From: the human T2T-CHM13v2.0 reference genome, Homo sapiens
Reading direction: 5' to 3' (one strand)
DNA length: 64,000 bases
Assembly (NCBI RefSeq): GCF_009914755.1
Contig: NC_060928.1
Of this stretch, positions 1 through 11,808 are shown in pieces (the stretch's first letter is position 1; every line of letters starts with the position of its first letter). The position numbers and the translations under genes are program-made. The notes below the pieces were generated by a model, which had not been told where the DNA came from, did no database searches, and saw only the letters and a list, made by a program, of their open reading frames with translations.

Positions 1-224
1 CACTCTGCTCACCCACTTTGTGGAGAGCAGTGTAAAGGAAGGAAGTCTAGCTACTTAGTCTGGATAACATCAAGGAGTTCACCTGTTGCAACCAATTTGA
101 AAGACTCATTGGATTGGCCTGTTTACAGAGTGATGGACAGACATGGTAGGGTATCAGAAATAATTTGAATTCCTAATATATTGGTGGTTTATTTATGAGG
201 CATAAATTTGCAGGAAGTTAATGG

Positions 225-795
225 CCATAATTTATTGAGCACCTACTATGTTTTCAGAACTCAGAGTTTTCCACACATTGTTACACAGAATCCTTAGTGC
301 AATCATACAAGGAAGGTATTATTATTAGTCTCATTTTATAGATGAGGTAAGAGAAGCTCAAAAGTTGTAGATCTCTAAATGTGCTTTTTAAGTCAGAGAT
401 GTTGGCTTCAAGAACAGAACTGCAGTCAGGCTAGTGTTAATGAGTTTTATAGTATAATATAACAGACAGTCACAGAAACATCAAAGGACAAGAAGTGGGT
501 GGTATATCTTGAGCAACTGGACATCAGGGGCTGTCTCTCCTCATTGCTTCTCTCTTTTTCTTTTTCTCTTTCTGAGTACACTCTGGCCCTGACTCTTCTA
601 TCTTTTAGCTAGAGTCTCTCGATCACACAGTTGAGTCAGGGGTCCAACCTGGGTCTGATGTCTGGCCATGAAGCAATCAGTGAAAACCAGAGGGTTGAGG
701 TTATGCAGGTGTAGAAAGCCACATCATTTTCAAAGGTGTCACAAAGCTAGTAAATGGCAGAGGCAGAATGCCAAGTCACATCTGTCTGATGCCCA
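225..795 (+). mobile_element. MIR SINE in two pieces (about 225-365 and 730-795)
   Basis: atttattgagcacctactatg...cattttatagatgagg, then gtcacaaagctagtaaatggcagag; degraded. Confidence 0.55.
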
Positions 796-1584
796 TATTC
801 TTTCCACTAAAAAAAAAGGAGTGGGGCTGGAAAGAGTTTGAGTACGACTTTCGGCTATCTACCCTGAATGATAGCTCCACACTGCACAAGGCTTGAGGAA
901 AAACACTGTAACTGGCAAGGAGCTCAGAAGCAATACTCTTCAAATTCCTCATTTTATTGGCCAAATGACTTGGCAAGACAATGTGGTTAATATTTATTTA
1001 AATATATTTGGATAAGGAAAATACAGGATTGTTCTCACAGTTCCATAGTCTAACATCTTTCAAATATTGTGAGGTTGAGGCAGGCTGAGGAGCAAAAAGT
1101 CTAAGCTTCTAGGGCCGTATGTTTAATCTACCCAAATCCAACACCACAAATCAAGTATTCATTTCACTTTGACATTGAAACCAAAGTTGGTGAGAGAGTT
1201 AAAGTTGTCTCCTCTACCCTTGGGTTAGAAAATATTTTTCCAACTTGGTCCTAATTCTCTCATAAAACACATATATACAGAGTGTTGGAAATGCTTGTTC
1301 ATATCTCTCCCTGTGAAAGTTTTTGGGAAATAATCTGAGAAAAGCCAAAAGACAAAGTTGTACACATATTCCTGGCAGCTTCCTCTGAGTACCAAACTAA
1401 AAAAACTTAATGCTCAGCAAACGGTTTAGTGAAATATTATAGACTGGTATAAGAAAATGCTATGCCAATAATCATTTTAACATGATGGAGAAAAAATATT
1501 ATATAATAATTTAAAATAATAAAAAATGGCATGAATTCCACAATTTCAACAATAAAAGAATATATACAAATGATGGGTACCATC

Positions 1585-1953
1585 TGATTTGGTTTGACTC
1601 TGTGATTCCACCCAAATCTCACCTTGAATTGTAATCCCGATGATCCCCATGTGTCAAGGGTGGGACCAGATGGAGGTAATTGGATCATGGCAGTGGTTCC
1701 CCCATGCTGTTCTCATGATGAATGAGTCTCATGAGATCTGATGGTTTTATAAGCATCTGGCATTTCCCCTGCTGCACTCACTCTGTCCTGCCACCCTTTT
1801 AAGAAGGTGTCTGCTTCTCCTTTGCTTTCCACCATGACTGTAAGTTTCCGAGGCCTCCCCAGCAATGCAGAAGTATGAGTCAATTAAACCTCTTTCCTTT
1901 ATAAATTACACAGTCTCAGATATTTCTTTATAGTGTGAGAAGAGACTAATAAA
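1585..1953 (+). mobile_element. THE1/MSTA-type MaLR solo LTR
   Basis: tgatttggtttgactctgtg...cacccaaatctcaccttgaattgtaatccc start, agactaataaa end, near-perfect 5-bp TSD ccatc/ccgtc. Confidence 0.9.
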
Positions 1954-2260
1954 CCGTCTATATATTGAAAATAGTTTTTTAAGGATGAAGAATCTACAGT
2001 GATTTCCCATAGAATCATATTATTTTCATTGATAATCACATTATATTACTAACAATGGCCAAAATGTATTGAGTGATTACTTTATTAAGTGCTTTACTGA
2101 TATCTTTTAACTTAATTCTCTTTAGGAAAATAGTATCATAAGTCACACTTTGTAAAGAAACTGAGGACAAAAGAGGTTAAGCAAATTCCTGAGATACAAT
2201 TCTAAGAAGTTTTCCCCAGAGTTCAAGTTCCTAACTAAGGAATAATAATGATGGTAATAA

Positions 2261-4021
2261 TGAGAGGTGATAACATGCTAGCAGCCCTCGCTTGCTCTGG
2301 GTGCCTCTTCAGCCTCAGCGTCCACTCTGGCCACACTTGAGGAGCCCTTCAGCCTGCCGCAGCACTATGGGAGCCCCTCTCTGGGCTGGCCAAGGCCGGA
2401 GCTGGCTCCCTCTGCTTGCAGGGAGGTTTGGAGGGAGAGACGCAGGCAGGAACCAGGGCTGCGGCACTCATGGGCCAGTGTGAGTTCCGGGTGGGCATGG
2501 GCTCGGTAGGCCCTGCACTCAGAGCACTTGGAGCGGCTGGCCGGCACCACCGGCCCCAGGCAGTGAGGGGCTTAGCACCCAGGCCAGCAGCTGCAGAGGG
2601 GGTGCCAGGTCCCCCAGCACTGCTGGCCTGCCTGCGCCACGATTGAATTCTTGCCGGGCCTCAGCCACCTCCCCATGGGGCAGGGCTCGGGACCTGCAGC
2701 CCACCATGCCCGAGCCCCCCCGCAGTGGGCTTGGGCATGGCCCGAGCCTCCCTGACGGGCGCCTACCCCTGCTCTGCACCTGGTCCCATTGGCCGCCCAA
2801 GGGCTGAGGAGTGCAGGCGCACAGCGCGGGACTGGCTGGCAGCTCTGCCCACGGCCCTGGCACGGGACCCACTAGGTGAAGCCAGCTGGGCTCCTGAGTC
2901 AGGTGGGGACTTGGAGAACGTTTATGTCTAGGCAGAGGATTGTATATTCACCAACCAGCACTCTGTGTCTAGCTTGGGGTTCGTGGATGCACCAATCAGC
3001 ACTCTGTATCTAGCTAATCTGGTGGGGACTTGGAGAATTTTATGTCTAGCTAAAGGATTGTAAATGCACCAATCAGCACCTGTGTCTAGTTCAAGGTTTG
3101 TAAACACACCAATCAGCAGCCTGTGTCTAGCTCAAGGTTTGTAAATGCACCAATCAGTGCTCTGTGTCTAGCTAATCTAGTGGGGACTTGGAGAACTTTT
3201 ACATCTAGCTAAAGGATTGTAAATACACCAATCAGCACTCTGTGTCTGCTCAAAGTTTGTAAACATACCAATCAGCACTCTGTGTCTAGCTCAAGGTTTG
3301 TAAACACACCAATCAGCACTCTGTGTCTAGCTCAAGGTTTGTAAACACACCAATCAGTGCTCTGTGTCTAGTTAATCTAGTGGGGACTTGGAGAACTTTT
3401 ACGTCTAGCTAGAGGATTGTAAATACACCAATCAGCACTCTGTGTCTAGCTCAGGGATTATAAACGCACCAATCAGCACCCTGTCAAAATGGACCAATTA
3501 GGTCTCTGTAAAATGGACCAGTCAGCAGGATGTGGGTGGGACCAGATAAGGGAATAAAATCAGGCTGCCCACCAGCAGCCGCAACCCACTTGGGTCCCCT
3601 TCCACACTGTGGAAGATTTGTTCTTTTGCTGTTTGCAATAAATCTTGCTGCTGCTCATTCTTTGGGTCTGCACTGCCTTTATGAGCTGTACCACTCACCG
3701 TGAAGGGTCTGCAGCTTCACTCCTGAGGCCAGCGAGACTACAAACCCACTGGGAGGAATGAACAACTCCGGATTGGAGGAACAAACAACTCCAGACGTGC
3801 TGCCTTAAGAGCTGTAGCACTCACCGTGAAAGTCTACAGCTTCACTCCTGAAGCCAGCGAGACCATGAACCCACCAGAAGGAAGAAACTCCAAACATGTC
3901 CGAACATCAGAAGGAGCAAACTCTGGACACACCATCTTTAAGAGCTGTAACACTCACCACGAGGGTCCGTGGCTTCATTCTTGAAGTCAGCGAGACCAAG
4001 AATCCACCAATTCCAGACACA
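2261..4021 (+). mobile_element. LTR12 (ERV9) solo LTR, probably LTR12D-like
   Basis: Starts tgagaggtga, ends ccaattccagacaca, 4-bp TSD ataa (2257-2260 / 4022-4025); GC-rich U3, tandem CCAATCAGCACTCTGTGTCTAGCT array, AATAAA near 3637, U5 repeats. Confidence 0.96.
2905..3560 (+). promoter_or_regulatory. LTR12 U3 tandem CCAAT (NF-Y) array with GATA and TATA-like box
   Basis: About 11 CCAAT boxes at roughly 41- or 79-bp spacing, AGATAA at ~3544, GAATAAAA at ~3552; known ERV9 LTR promoter architecture. Confidence 0.75.
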
Positions 4022-4029
4022 ATAACAAC

Positions 4030-4260
4030 AGCTAACAATTAAGTGCCACTTAATATATGCCAGGCAGTGTTCTAAGTGCCTTATGTTTACTAACTCATTT
4101 AATCCTCAGATCAATCCTATGATTTAGGTAGTAATATGATTCCTTTCTTCAGGTAAGAAAACCATAGCCCAGAACCAGGGCCCCCAGCCAGGGTGTGGCT
4201 GAATCAGAGTTAGAACTCAGACTGTCTGCCTCCAAAGTCTGTACTTTCATCTGCTCACTG
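4030..4260 (+). mobile_element. MIR SINE
   Basis: tgccaggcagtgttctaagtgccttatg...ctcatttaatcctca core. Confidence 0.6.
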
Positions 4261-5044
4261 CTCTAGTTCCAGGACTTAGTAGAAATAGCAAGGAAGGAAT
4301 GAAGAAATAAATTTTAAAGAAAAAATCAAAGAACTTATGATAACTCCAAAACAATTCCAAATATTCCTGCCTGAAGGAGTGGGAGGAAAGTAGCTTTATT
4401 GACTAACAAAGGAGGTTAATTTGAACATGTTAAATTTTAGGTAACTTTGAAATATGCTGAGTGAAAGTTCCAGCTGGGTCATGGGAAGCATGGGGATGTT
4501 GTGTGCAATATAAAATTACTCAATACATGGATTTGAGACCAATAATGTGAGAGGTGATAATTTCTAACTCTCAGTATGAATTAATTTTTTGAGAGAGAAA
4601 TTTTAGAGGGAAGAGCAGTCTTCAAGAAAATTGACAGTAAAAAGTGAAGAGATGGACAGCAATCTGAAAATTACATAAGGCAGAGTCATGAAAAGAAGAT
4701 AACTCTGCAGCAGGAAGTCAAGAGGAAAGAAGCTGAAGGAAGCCTTGGAATTGGTTCCCAGAGGTCCTTCATGACTGTGGAAGGAGGGTAGAACTGCAGC
4801 CACAGGCTGAGGAATCAGAAAGGGTCAGAAAGGGGAGCAAGTTATTCTTTAGGAAGTTTGTCATCCAAGGGAAGGAAACAGTAGAGCAGCTGGAGGGAAA
4901 ATTAGATTAAGTGGGAGATTCTTTCACAGCAGTTAGTTGTCTGTGCAAGACCCATGGCAGTCTAGAAAGATTATTTACCCTATTGTCTCACACAGTTTAT
5001 TTATTTACCTATTGTTTCACAAGATCATGGCAGTCTGGAAAGAT

Positions 5045-5220
5045 CTGGGGCCCTGGTTCTGGGCTATGGTTTCCTTACCTGTGAAAAGGAATCAGATTAG
5101 TACCTACATCATAGGATTGATCTGAGGATTAAATGCGTTAGTAAACATAAAGCACTTAGAACAGTGCCTGGCATATATTAAGTGCCACTTAATTGTTAGC
5201 TGTTTTTATCATCATTATTA
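5045..5220 (-). mobile_element. MIR SINE fragment
   Basis: gaggattaaatgcgttagtaaacataaagcacttagaacagtgcctggcatat. Confidence 0.65.
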
Positions 5221-7372
5221 TTCCTTAGTTAGGAAATTGAACTCTGGGGAAAACCTCTTAGTATTGTATCTCAGTCAGGAAAGATCGGGGTGTCTGAAGA
5301 TGCTGGAGAAAGGAGAACCTCTTGAAACAGTGCTGGGAAGGATCAGAGGGAGGAGTTTCATTTTCTAAAAGGGAGATGTCATATATGTGGCCATTGGAGG
5401 GAAGCAAGTATGAGTGTAGGCTGGAGTTGAAGTAAACAAAAATGCAATGTTGTTTATTTACCTATTGTCTCACAGTTTATCCTTTTATAATTTGTTCTAT
5501 GCTGCCAGTGCTGTGATTCTCCAAATCTGATTTCCTAGTCTACCTTGACATCTGGCTTTTCTAATGTTTCTGCCAATGAGAGGTACTAGAGAGATTTGAA
5601 AGCAGTGGAGGGGAGAAGGGACTTACTTTCCAATTCCCACTAGTGTCACTCCATGTCACATGGTTGGGTCAGCTGTTTTAGGCCCTCTTGGCACCAGCCT
5701 TGCCTTATTCTCACAGGGATCAGCCACAGCTGGGCCACACTCTCTTGGCAGTGTAAGTATGAGCTTTGCCTTCTGAGCAGCCACTGGGCTATACCCTTTC
5801 CTCTGAGGTTTTAGTTCTGGTAACTGTACCACTTTTTTTTTTTTGTCCTCCCTCAGGAGCTTAATGTTCTTAATGTTTTGGGTGACCTCAGTTTGCCCTT
5901 TGTAATTTTTTCACCTTCCAACACATCAATAACCAACTTTCTGTATTAAATCACCTTTGTTTGAAAGAATTTTCTTTCCCTTTCCTAACTGGATACATTG
6001 ATACAGTTCTTGGCCCCAGCAGTGGTTCCAGAAGCAGACCCTCAAGTAAACATGTGTTTACATAGATTTACTTTCTATCTTTTTTCTTATTCTTTCTTTT
6101 TTTGTTTTTTTCCATATCTGAGTTGATGTCTTTTTAATGATTATAATTTGCTAATATAGAAAGCAGTGGAGTGAGTTAGTTTAAGGGATGTGAAAAGAGA
6201 GGAAAAGATCCAGAAGAGTCAACCAAGGGGAAGCCAGTGGAGCTGACTAATGGGCCCCAGTTGCTCTCTTCTCTTATAGACTTGATATAGCTCTGCTCTG
6301 CAATTTTCTACACACCCTGCATTGGCTTTCAAGTAGAAGTTTTCCAGAGCACTTCCAAGGTGTGTGAAATGTAGTATCTTTAGAATTCTTATACAATATA
6401 GTCACTGAAAATGTTATCCCCAGCCATATATACTTATTTGCACAATGCTATGAACTTTGTTCTACAATTTTTATTCATTTTGTATTTTGTGAATTTTGGA
6501 ATGCAAGCAACTCTTTTTTTGAACACTAAAATAATCTTAATTTTTAATTTTCATGGCTACCCAGTAGATGTATATACTTATGGGGTACATGAGATATTTT
6601 TGTATAGGTATGCAATGCATAAAAATCACATCATGGAAAAGTAGGTATCCATCCCCGTAAGTATTTATTCTCTGTGTTACAATCTAATTATACTCTTTTA
6701 GTTATTTTAAAGTGCATAATTATTATTGATTATAGTCCCCCTGTTATGCTGTCAAATACTAGGTCTTATTTATTCTAACTATTTTTTTGTACCCATTAAC
6801 CATCCTCACCTTCCTCCATCCCTCTCACTACCCTTGCTGGCCTCTGGTAACCATCCTTCTATTCTCTCTCTCCGTAAGTTCAATTGTTTTGATTTTCAGA
6901 TCCCAAAAATAAGTGAGAACATGTGATGTTTGTCTTTCTCTGCCTGGTTTATTTATTTAACATAATGACTTCTAGTTCCATCCATGTTGTTGCAAGTGAC
7001 AGGATCTCATTCTTTTTCGTGGATGAATAGTACTCCATTGTGTATACGAAGCACATTTTCTTCATCCATTCATCTGTTGATAGATACTTGGGTTGCTTCC
7101 AAATTTTCGCTCTTGTGAACAGTGCTGCAATAAACATGGGAGTGCAGATATCTCCTTAATATACTGATTTCCTTCCTTGGGTTATATACCCAGCAGTGGG
7201 AGTGCAGGATAACATGGTAGCTATATTTTTAATTTTTTTGAGGAACCTCCAAAATGTTCTCCATAGTGGTCGTACTGGCTTCCATTCCTACCAACAGTGT
7301 ATGAGGTTTCCCTTTTCTCTACATCCTCGCCAGCATTTGTTATTGCCTGACTTTTGCATAAAAGACATTTTA

Positions 7373-7664
7373 GGCTGGGTGCAGTGGCTCACGCCTCTAA
7401 CCCTAGAATTTTGGGAAGCCAAGGCAGGTGGACCATGAGGTCAGGAGATTGAGACCATCCTGGCCAACATGGTGAAACCCCGTCTCTACTAAAATATAAA
7501 AAGTTAGCTGGGCATGGTGGTGCATGCCTGTAGTCCCAGCTACTTCAGAGGCTGAGGTAGAGGAATCACTTGAACCCAAGAGGCGGAAGTTTCAGTGAGC
7601 AGAGATCGTGCCACTGCATTCTGGCCTGGTGATGGAGCAAGACTCCATCTCAGAAAAAAAAAAA
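7373..7664 (+). mobile_element. AluS (AluSc-like)
   Basis: Full dimer ggctgggtgcagtggctcacgcc...ctccatctcag plus A tail, inside the L1MA. Confidence 0.92.
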
Positions 7665-9805
7665 GCCTATTTAATGGGGATAGGATGATATCTCATTGTA
7701 GCTTTGATTTGCCTTTCTCTGATGATCAATGATCGTCATCATATGCATGTTTGCCATTTGTTTGTCTTTTTGTGAGAAATATCTATTCAAAACTTTAGCC
7801 CATTTTAAAATTGAATTATTAGATTTCTTTCCTAGAATTGTTTGAGCTCTTTATATATTCTGGTTATTAATTATTTGTCAAATGGGTTTTTCTTCAAATA
7901 TTTTCTCCCATTCTGTGAGTTGTCTCTTCACTTTGTTCATTGTTTCCTTTGCTATGCTGAAGTTTTTTTTTTAACATGATGTGACCCCATTTGTCCATTT
8001 TTGTTTTGGTTGCCTGTGCTTATAGGGTATTATTCAAGAAGTTTTTGCCCAGACCAACGTCCTGGAGAGCTTCCCCAATGTTTTCTTGTAGTAGTTTCAT
8101 ACTTTAGGGTCTTAGATTTTAAGCCTTTAATCCATTTTGATTTGACTTTTGTATATGGTGAGAGATAGGGGTCAAGTTTCATTCTTCTGAATATGAATAT
8201 TCAATTCTCCCAGCACCATTTATTGAAAAGACTTTTTTTCCTCAATGTATGTTCTTGGTGCCTTTGTTGAAAACGAGTTTACTGTAGGTATGAAGATTTT
8301 TTTCTGGGTTTTCCATGCTGTTTTATTGGTCTATGTGTCTGTTTTTATGGTAGTATCATGCTGTTTTTGTTACTATAGCTTTGTAGTATATTTTGAAATC
8401 AGATCATGTGATTCCTACAGCTTTATTCCTTTTTCTCAGGACAGTTTTGGCTATTCTGAATATTTTGTGATTCCATATAAATTTTAGGATTCTTTTTCTA
8501 TTTCTGTGAAGAAAGTCATTGGTATTTTGACAGGGATTGCATTGACTCTGTAGATTGCTTTGTGTAGCATGGACATTTTAATAATGTTGATTCTTCCAAT
8601 CCGTGAACATGGAATATCTTTCCATTTTTTGTGTCCTCTTCAATTTTTTTAATCAATATTTTATAGTTTTCATTGTGAAGATTTTTCACTTCTCTGGTTG
8701 ATACCTAGGTATTTAATTTTATTTGTGGTGGCTATAAATGGAATTACTTTTTTGATTTCCTTTTCAGATTGCTCATTGTTGATATTTAGAAATGCTACTG
8801 ATTTTTGTACATTGATTTTGTGTCCTAAAAGTTTACTGAATTTGTTTATCAGTTTGAGTAGTTTTTTGGGGGAGTCTTTTGGTTTTCCCAAATATAAGAT
8901 TATATCATCTGCCAATAGGAAAATTTGACTTCTTTTTCAATTTGGATTCTCCTTATTTCTTTCTCTTGCCTGATTGCTCTTGCTAAGAATTCCAGTATTA
9001 TGTTGGATAACAGTGGTGAAAGTGGGCATCCTTGTCGTGTTCCAGATTTAAGAGGAAAATCTTTCAGTTTTTCCCCATAAAGTATAACACTAGCTGGGGG
9101 TCTGTCATATATGGCTTTTATTATGTTGAGGTATGCTCCTTTTATACCCAGTTTTCTGAGGTTTTTTTCTTAATCCTGAAAGATGTAGATCTTTATCAAA
9201 AGAGTTTTCAGCATCCATTGAAATATATGGTTTTTGTCCTTCATTCTGTTGATATGAAGTATCACATTGACTGATTTGCATATGTTGAACCATTCTTGCA
9301 TTCCTGGAGTAAATCCCACTTGGTCATGATGAATGATCTTTATAATATATTGTTGAATTTCACTTGCTAGTATTTTGTTGACAATTTTTGCATCAATATT
9401 CATCACAGATGTTAGCTTGTAGTTTTTATTTATTTATTTTAACATGCCTTTGTCTTGTTTTGGTATTAGAGTAATACTAGCCTCATTGAATCAGTTTGGA
9501 AGTATTTCCTCCTCCTCTGTTTTTTGGAACAGTTTGAGTAGGATTAGTATTAGTTCTTTAAATGTTTGGTAGAGTTTAGCAGTGAAGCCATTGGGTCCCA
9601 GGCTCTTCTTTACTGGGAGATCTTTTATTATGTCTTCAATCTCATTACTTTTTATTGACCTGTTCAGGTTTTGGATTTCCTCTTGGTTCAATTTTGGCAT
9701 GTTTTATGTTCCTAGAAATTTATCCATTTCTTCTATATTTTCCAGTATATCAACATATGGTACCTAATAATGATCATTTGAATTTCTGTTGTATCAGTTG
9801 TAATG

Positions 9806-10313
9806 TGTTGGGAACAAGCCCCCAAATCTGGCCATAAACTGGTCCCCAAACTGGCCATAAACAAAATCTTTGCAGCACTGTGACATGTTCGTGATGGCCA
9901 TGACACCCACGCTGAAGGTTGTGGGTTTACTAGAATAAGAGCAAGGAACACCTGGCCCACCCAGGGCAGAAAACTGCTTAAAGGTATTCCTAAACCACAC
10001 ACAATAGCACGAGTGATCTGTGCCTTAAGGACATGTTTCTGCTGCAGATAACTAGCCAGAGCCCATCCCTTTGTTTCAGCCCATCCCTTTGTTTCCTGTA
10101 AGGAATACTTTTAGTTAATCTATAATCTATAGAAATAATGCTTATCACTGGCTTGCTGTCAATAAATATGTTGGTCAAACTCTGTTCAGGGCTCTCGGGT
10201 CTGAAGGCTGTGAGTCCCCTGATTTCCCACTCCACACCTCTATATTTCTGTGTGTGTGTCTTTAATTCCCCTAGCACCACTGGGTTAGCTCCATGACCGA
10301 GCTGGTCTTGGCA
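9806..10313 (+). repeat. 5' LTR (MER9a-type)
   Basis: tgttgggaacaagcccccaaatctggccataaactgg...gctggtcttggca; AATAAA at 10161-10166. Confidence 0.93.
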
Positions 10314-10315
10314 AG

Positions 10316-10333
10316 CGGTGCCCAATGTGGGGG
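10316..10333 (+). other. Primer-binding site, tRNA-Lys type
   Basis: cggtgcccaatgtggggg, a degenerate copy of TGGCGCCCAACGTGGGGC, 2 nt after the LTR. Confidence 0.8.
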
Positions 10334-10463
10334 CTCGAACCTAGGTCGAATGGTCACTGGAGCAATGGTTGGAGAATGTGGAACTAAACTGGAGGACACC
10401 TGAGTACTCTTAAGCAGTCCCCATGGTGAGTAAGAAGGGGAGCTCGGAAGCATCAGGGTAACA

Positions 10464-10960
10464 ATGGGACAAGTGTGGGCTCTGGTTCTTTCCACCTTGG
10501 AACCTTTTCACACTGATGATGAGGAGGAAGGAAAGTATAACAAAGTAACAGAAGAGGTGACAGAGCAGCTTTGTTTGCCAGCTAAAGCTAAAGTGGCAAA
10601 GGAGGAAGAGGTTCATCCCTACCCTTCGGCACCCCCCCATTATTTTGAAGAAAAAGAGTGGCCTGACCCTCCAGATCTTTCTTTTCTGGAGGACACTGGG
10701 TGAAAAGTATTTGCCCCAGTGACTGAGCAGTACCTCAAGTGACTGCTCTCAGTTCTATTCTGGCAGGAATCCAGTAAGCTATATGAGAAGGTGATATACA
10801 GGCTTGGCAGTTCCCTGTTAGCATACACCCCCCAGATCAACAGGGAAATATTATAGCTACATTTGAGCCTTTTCCTTTTAAATTTGGGAAATGCCATGAG
10901 GGGCCAGTCCTGGGCCCCGTTCCAAACCAGAGCATTTCCAGCTCAGGCCCTTCCCTCACC
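10464..10960 (+). pseudogene. HML-3 gag remnant, most of CA and NC missing
   Basis: MGQVWALV start (Gly2 myristoylation type), PSAPP late-domain-like motif, AWQFPV near 10801; only ~0.5 kb, with stops and no CCHC knuckles visible. Confidence 0.8.
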
Positions 10961-11808
10961 CCTGTACAATTCCTGTCCCCTGCCACAGCCGGTAGTGCCG
11001 CAGTAGATTTATGCTGCACAAAAGTTGTGAGCCTTCTGCCTGTGACCCCCACAAAAAGTTCCAACACGGGTCTGTGGACCCTTGCCAATGGGGATGATAG
11101 GATTACTTCTAGGTAGATCTAGTTTAAATTTAAAAGGAGTGCAAGTACATATCAGAGTCATTGATTCAGATTACAATAGGGAAATTGAAATTTTTATATC
11201 TACTTCTGTTCCCTGGAAAGCAGAGCCAGGAGAGTGTATAGCACAGCTCCTGATTGTGCCATATGTGGAAATGGGGAAAAGTGAAATTAAATGAACAGGA
11301 GGATTTGGAAGCACAAATAAACAAGGCAAAGCAGCTTTGGGTGAATCAAATTACTGATAAACACCCTACCTGTAAAATAACTATTCAGGGAAAGAAATGT
11401 AAAGGTTTGGTAGATACAGGAGCAGACATTTCAATCATTTCTCTACAGCACTGGCTGTCCATGTGGCCAATTCAACCCCCTCAATTTAACATAGTTGGAG
11501 TTGGTAAAGTCCCTGAAGTATATCAAAGTAGTTATATTTTGCATTGTGAAGGGCCCGATGGAAAACCTGGGACTATTCAACCAATTATGACTTCTGTACC
11601 TATAAATCTATGGGGAAAGGATTTATTACAAAAATGGGGAGCACAAGTTCTAATTCCAGAACAATTATATAGCCCTCAAAGTCAACATATGATGCATGCA
11701 ATGGGGTATGTCCCTGGTATGGGACTAGGAAAAAATTTGCAAGGTTTGAAGGAAGCCCTTCAAGTGGGAAGACAAACTTCTTGCCAAGATTTAGGATATC
11801 ATTTTTGA
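10960..11808 (+). pseudogene. HML-3 pro: dUTPase + aspartic protease + G-patch
   Basis: AGSAAVDL, GRSSLNLKG, VIDSDY, *TGGFGST (dUTPase motifs); LVDTGADISII and WGKDLL (protease); MGYVPGMGLGKNLQG (G-patch); stop and frameshift between the domains. Confidence 0.9.

Noticed and set aside
2292-2931. Cluster of overlapping GC-rich ORFs
   Set aside because: All lie within LTR12 U3; stop-poor because of GC content.
2905-3500. Regularly spaced repeats that superficially resemble a CRISPR array
   Set aside because: No unique spacers; this is the standard LTR12 U3 tandem array in primate DNA, with no cas genes.
5480-6050. Possible old ERVL LTR (LTR16-like); similar hints at about 43400-43900 and 47450-47760
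   Set aside because: Too degraded to assign family or boundaries without a profile search.
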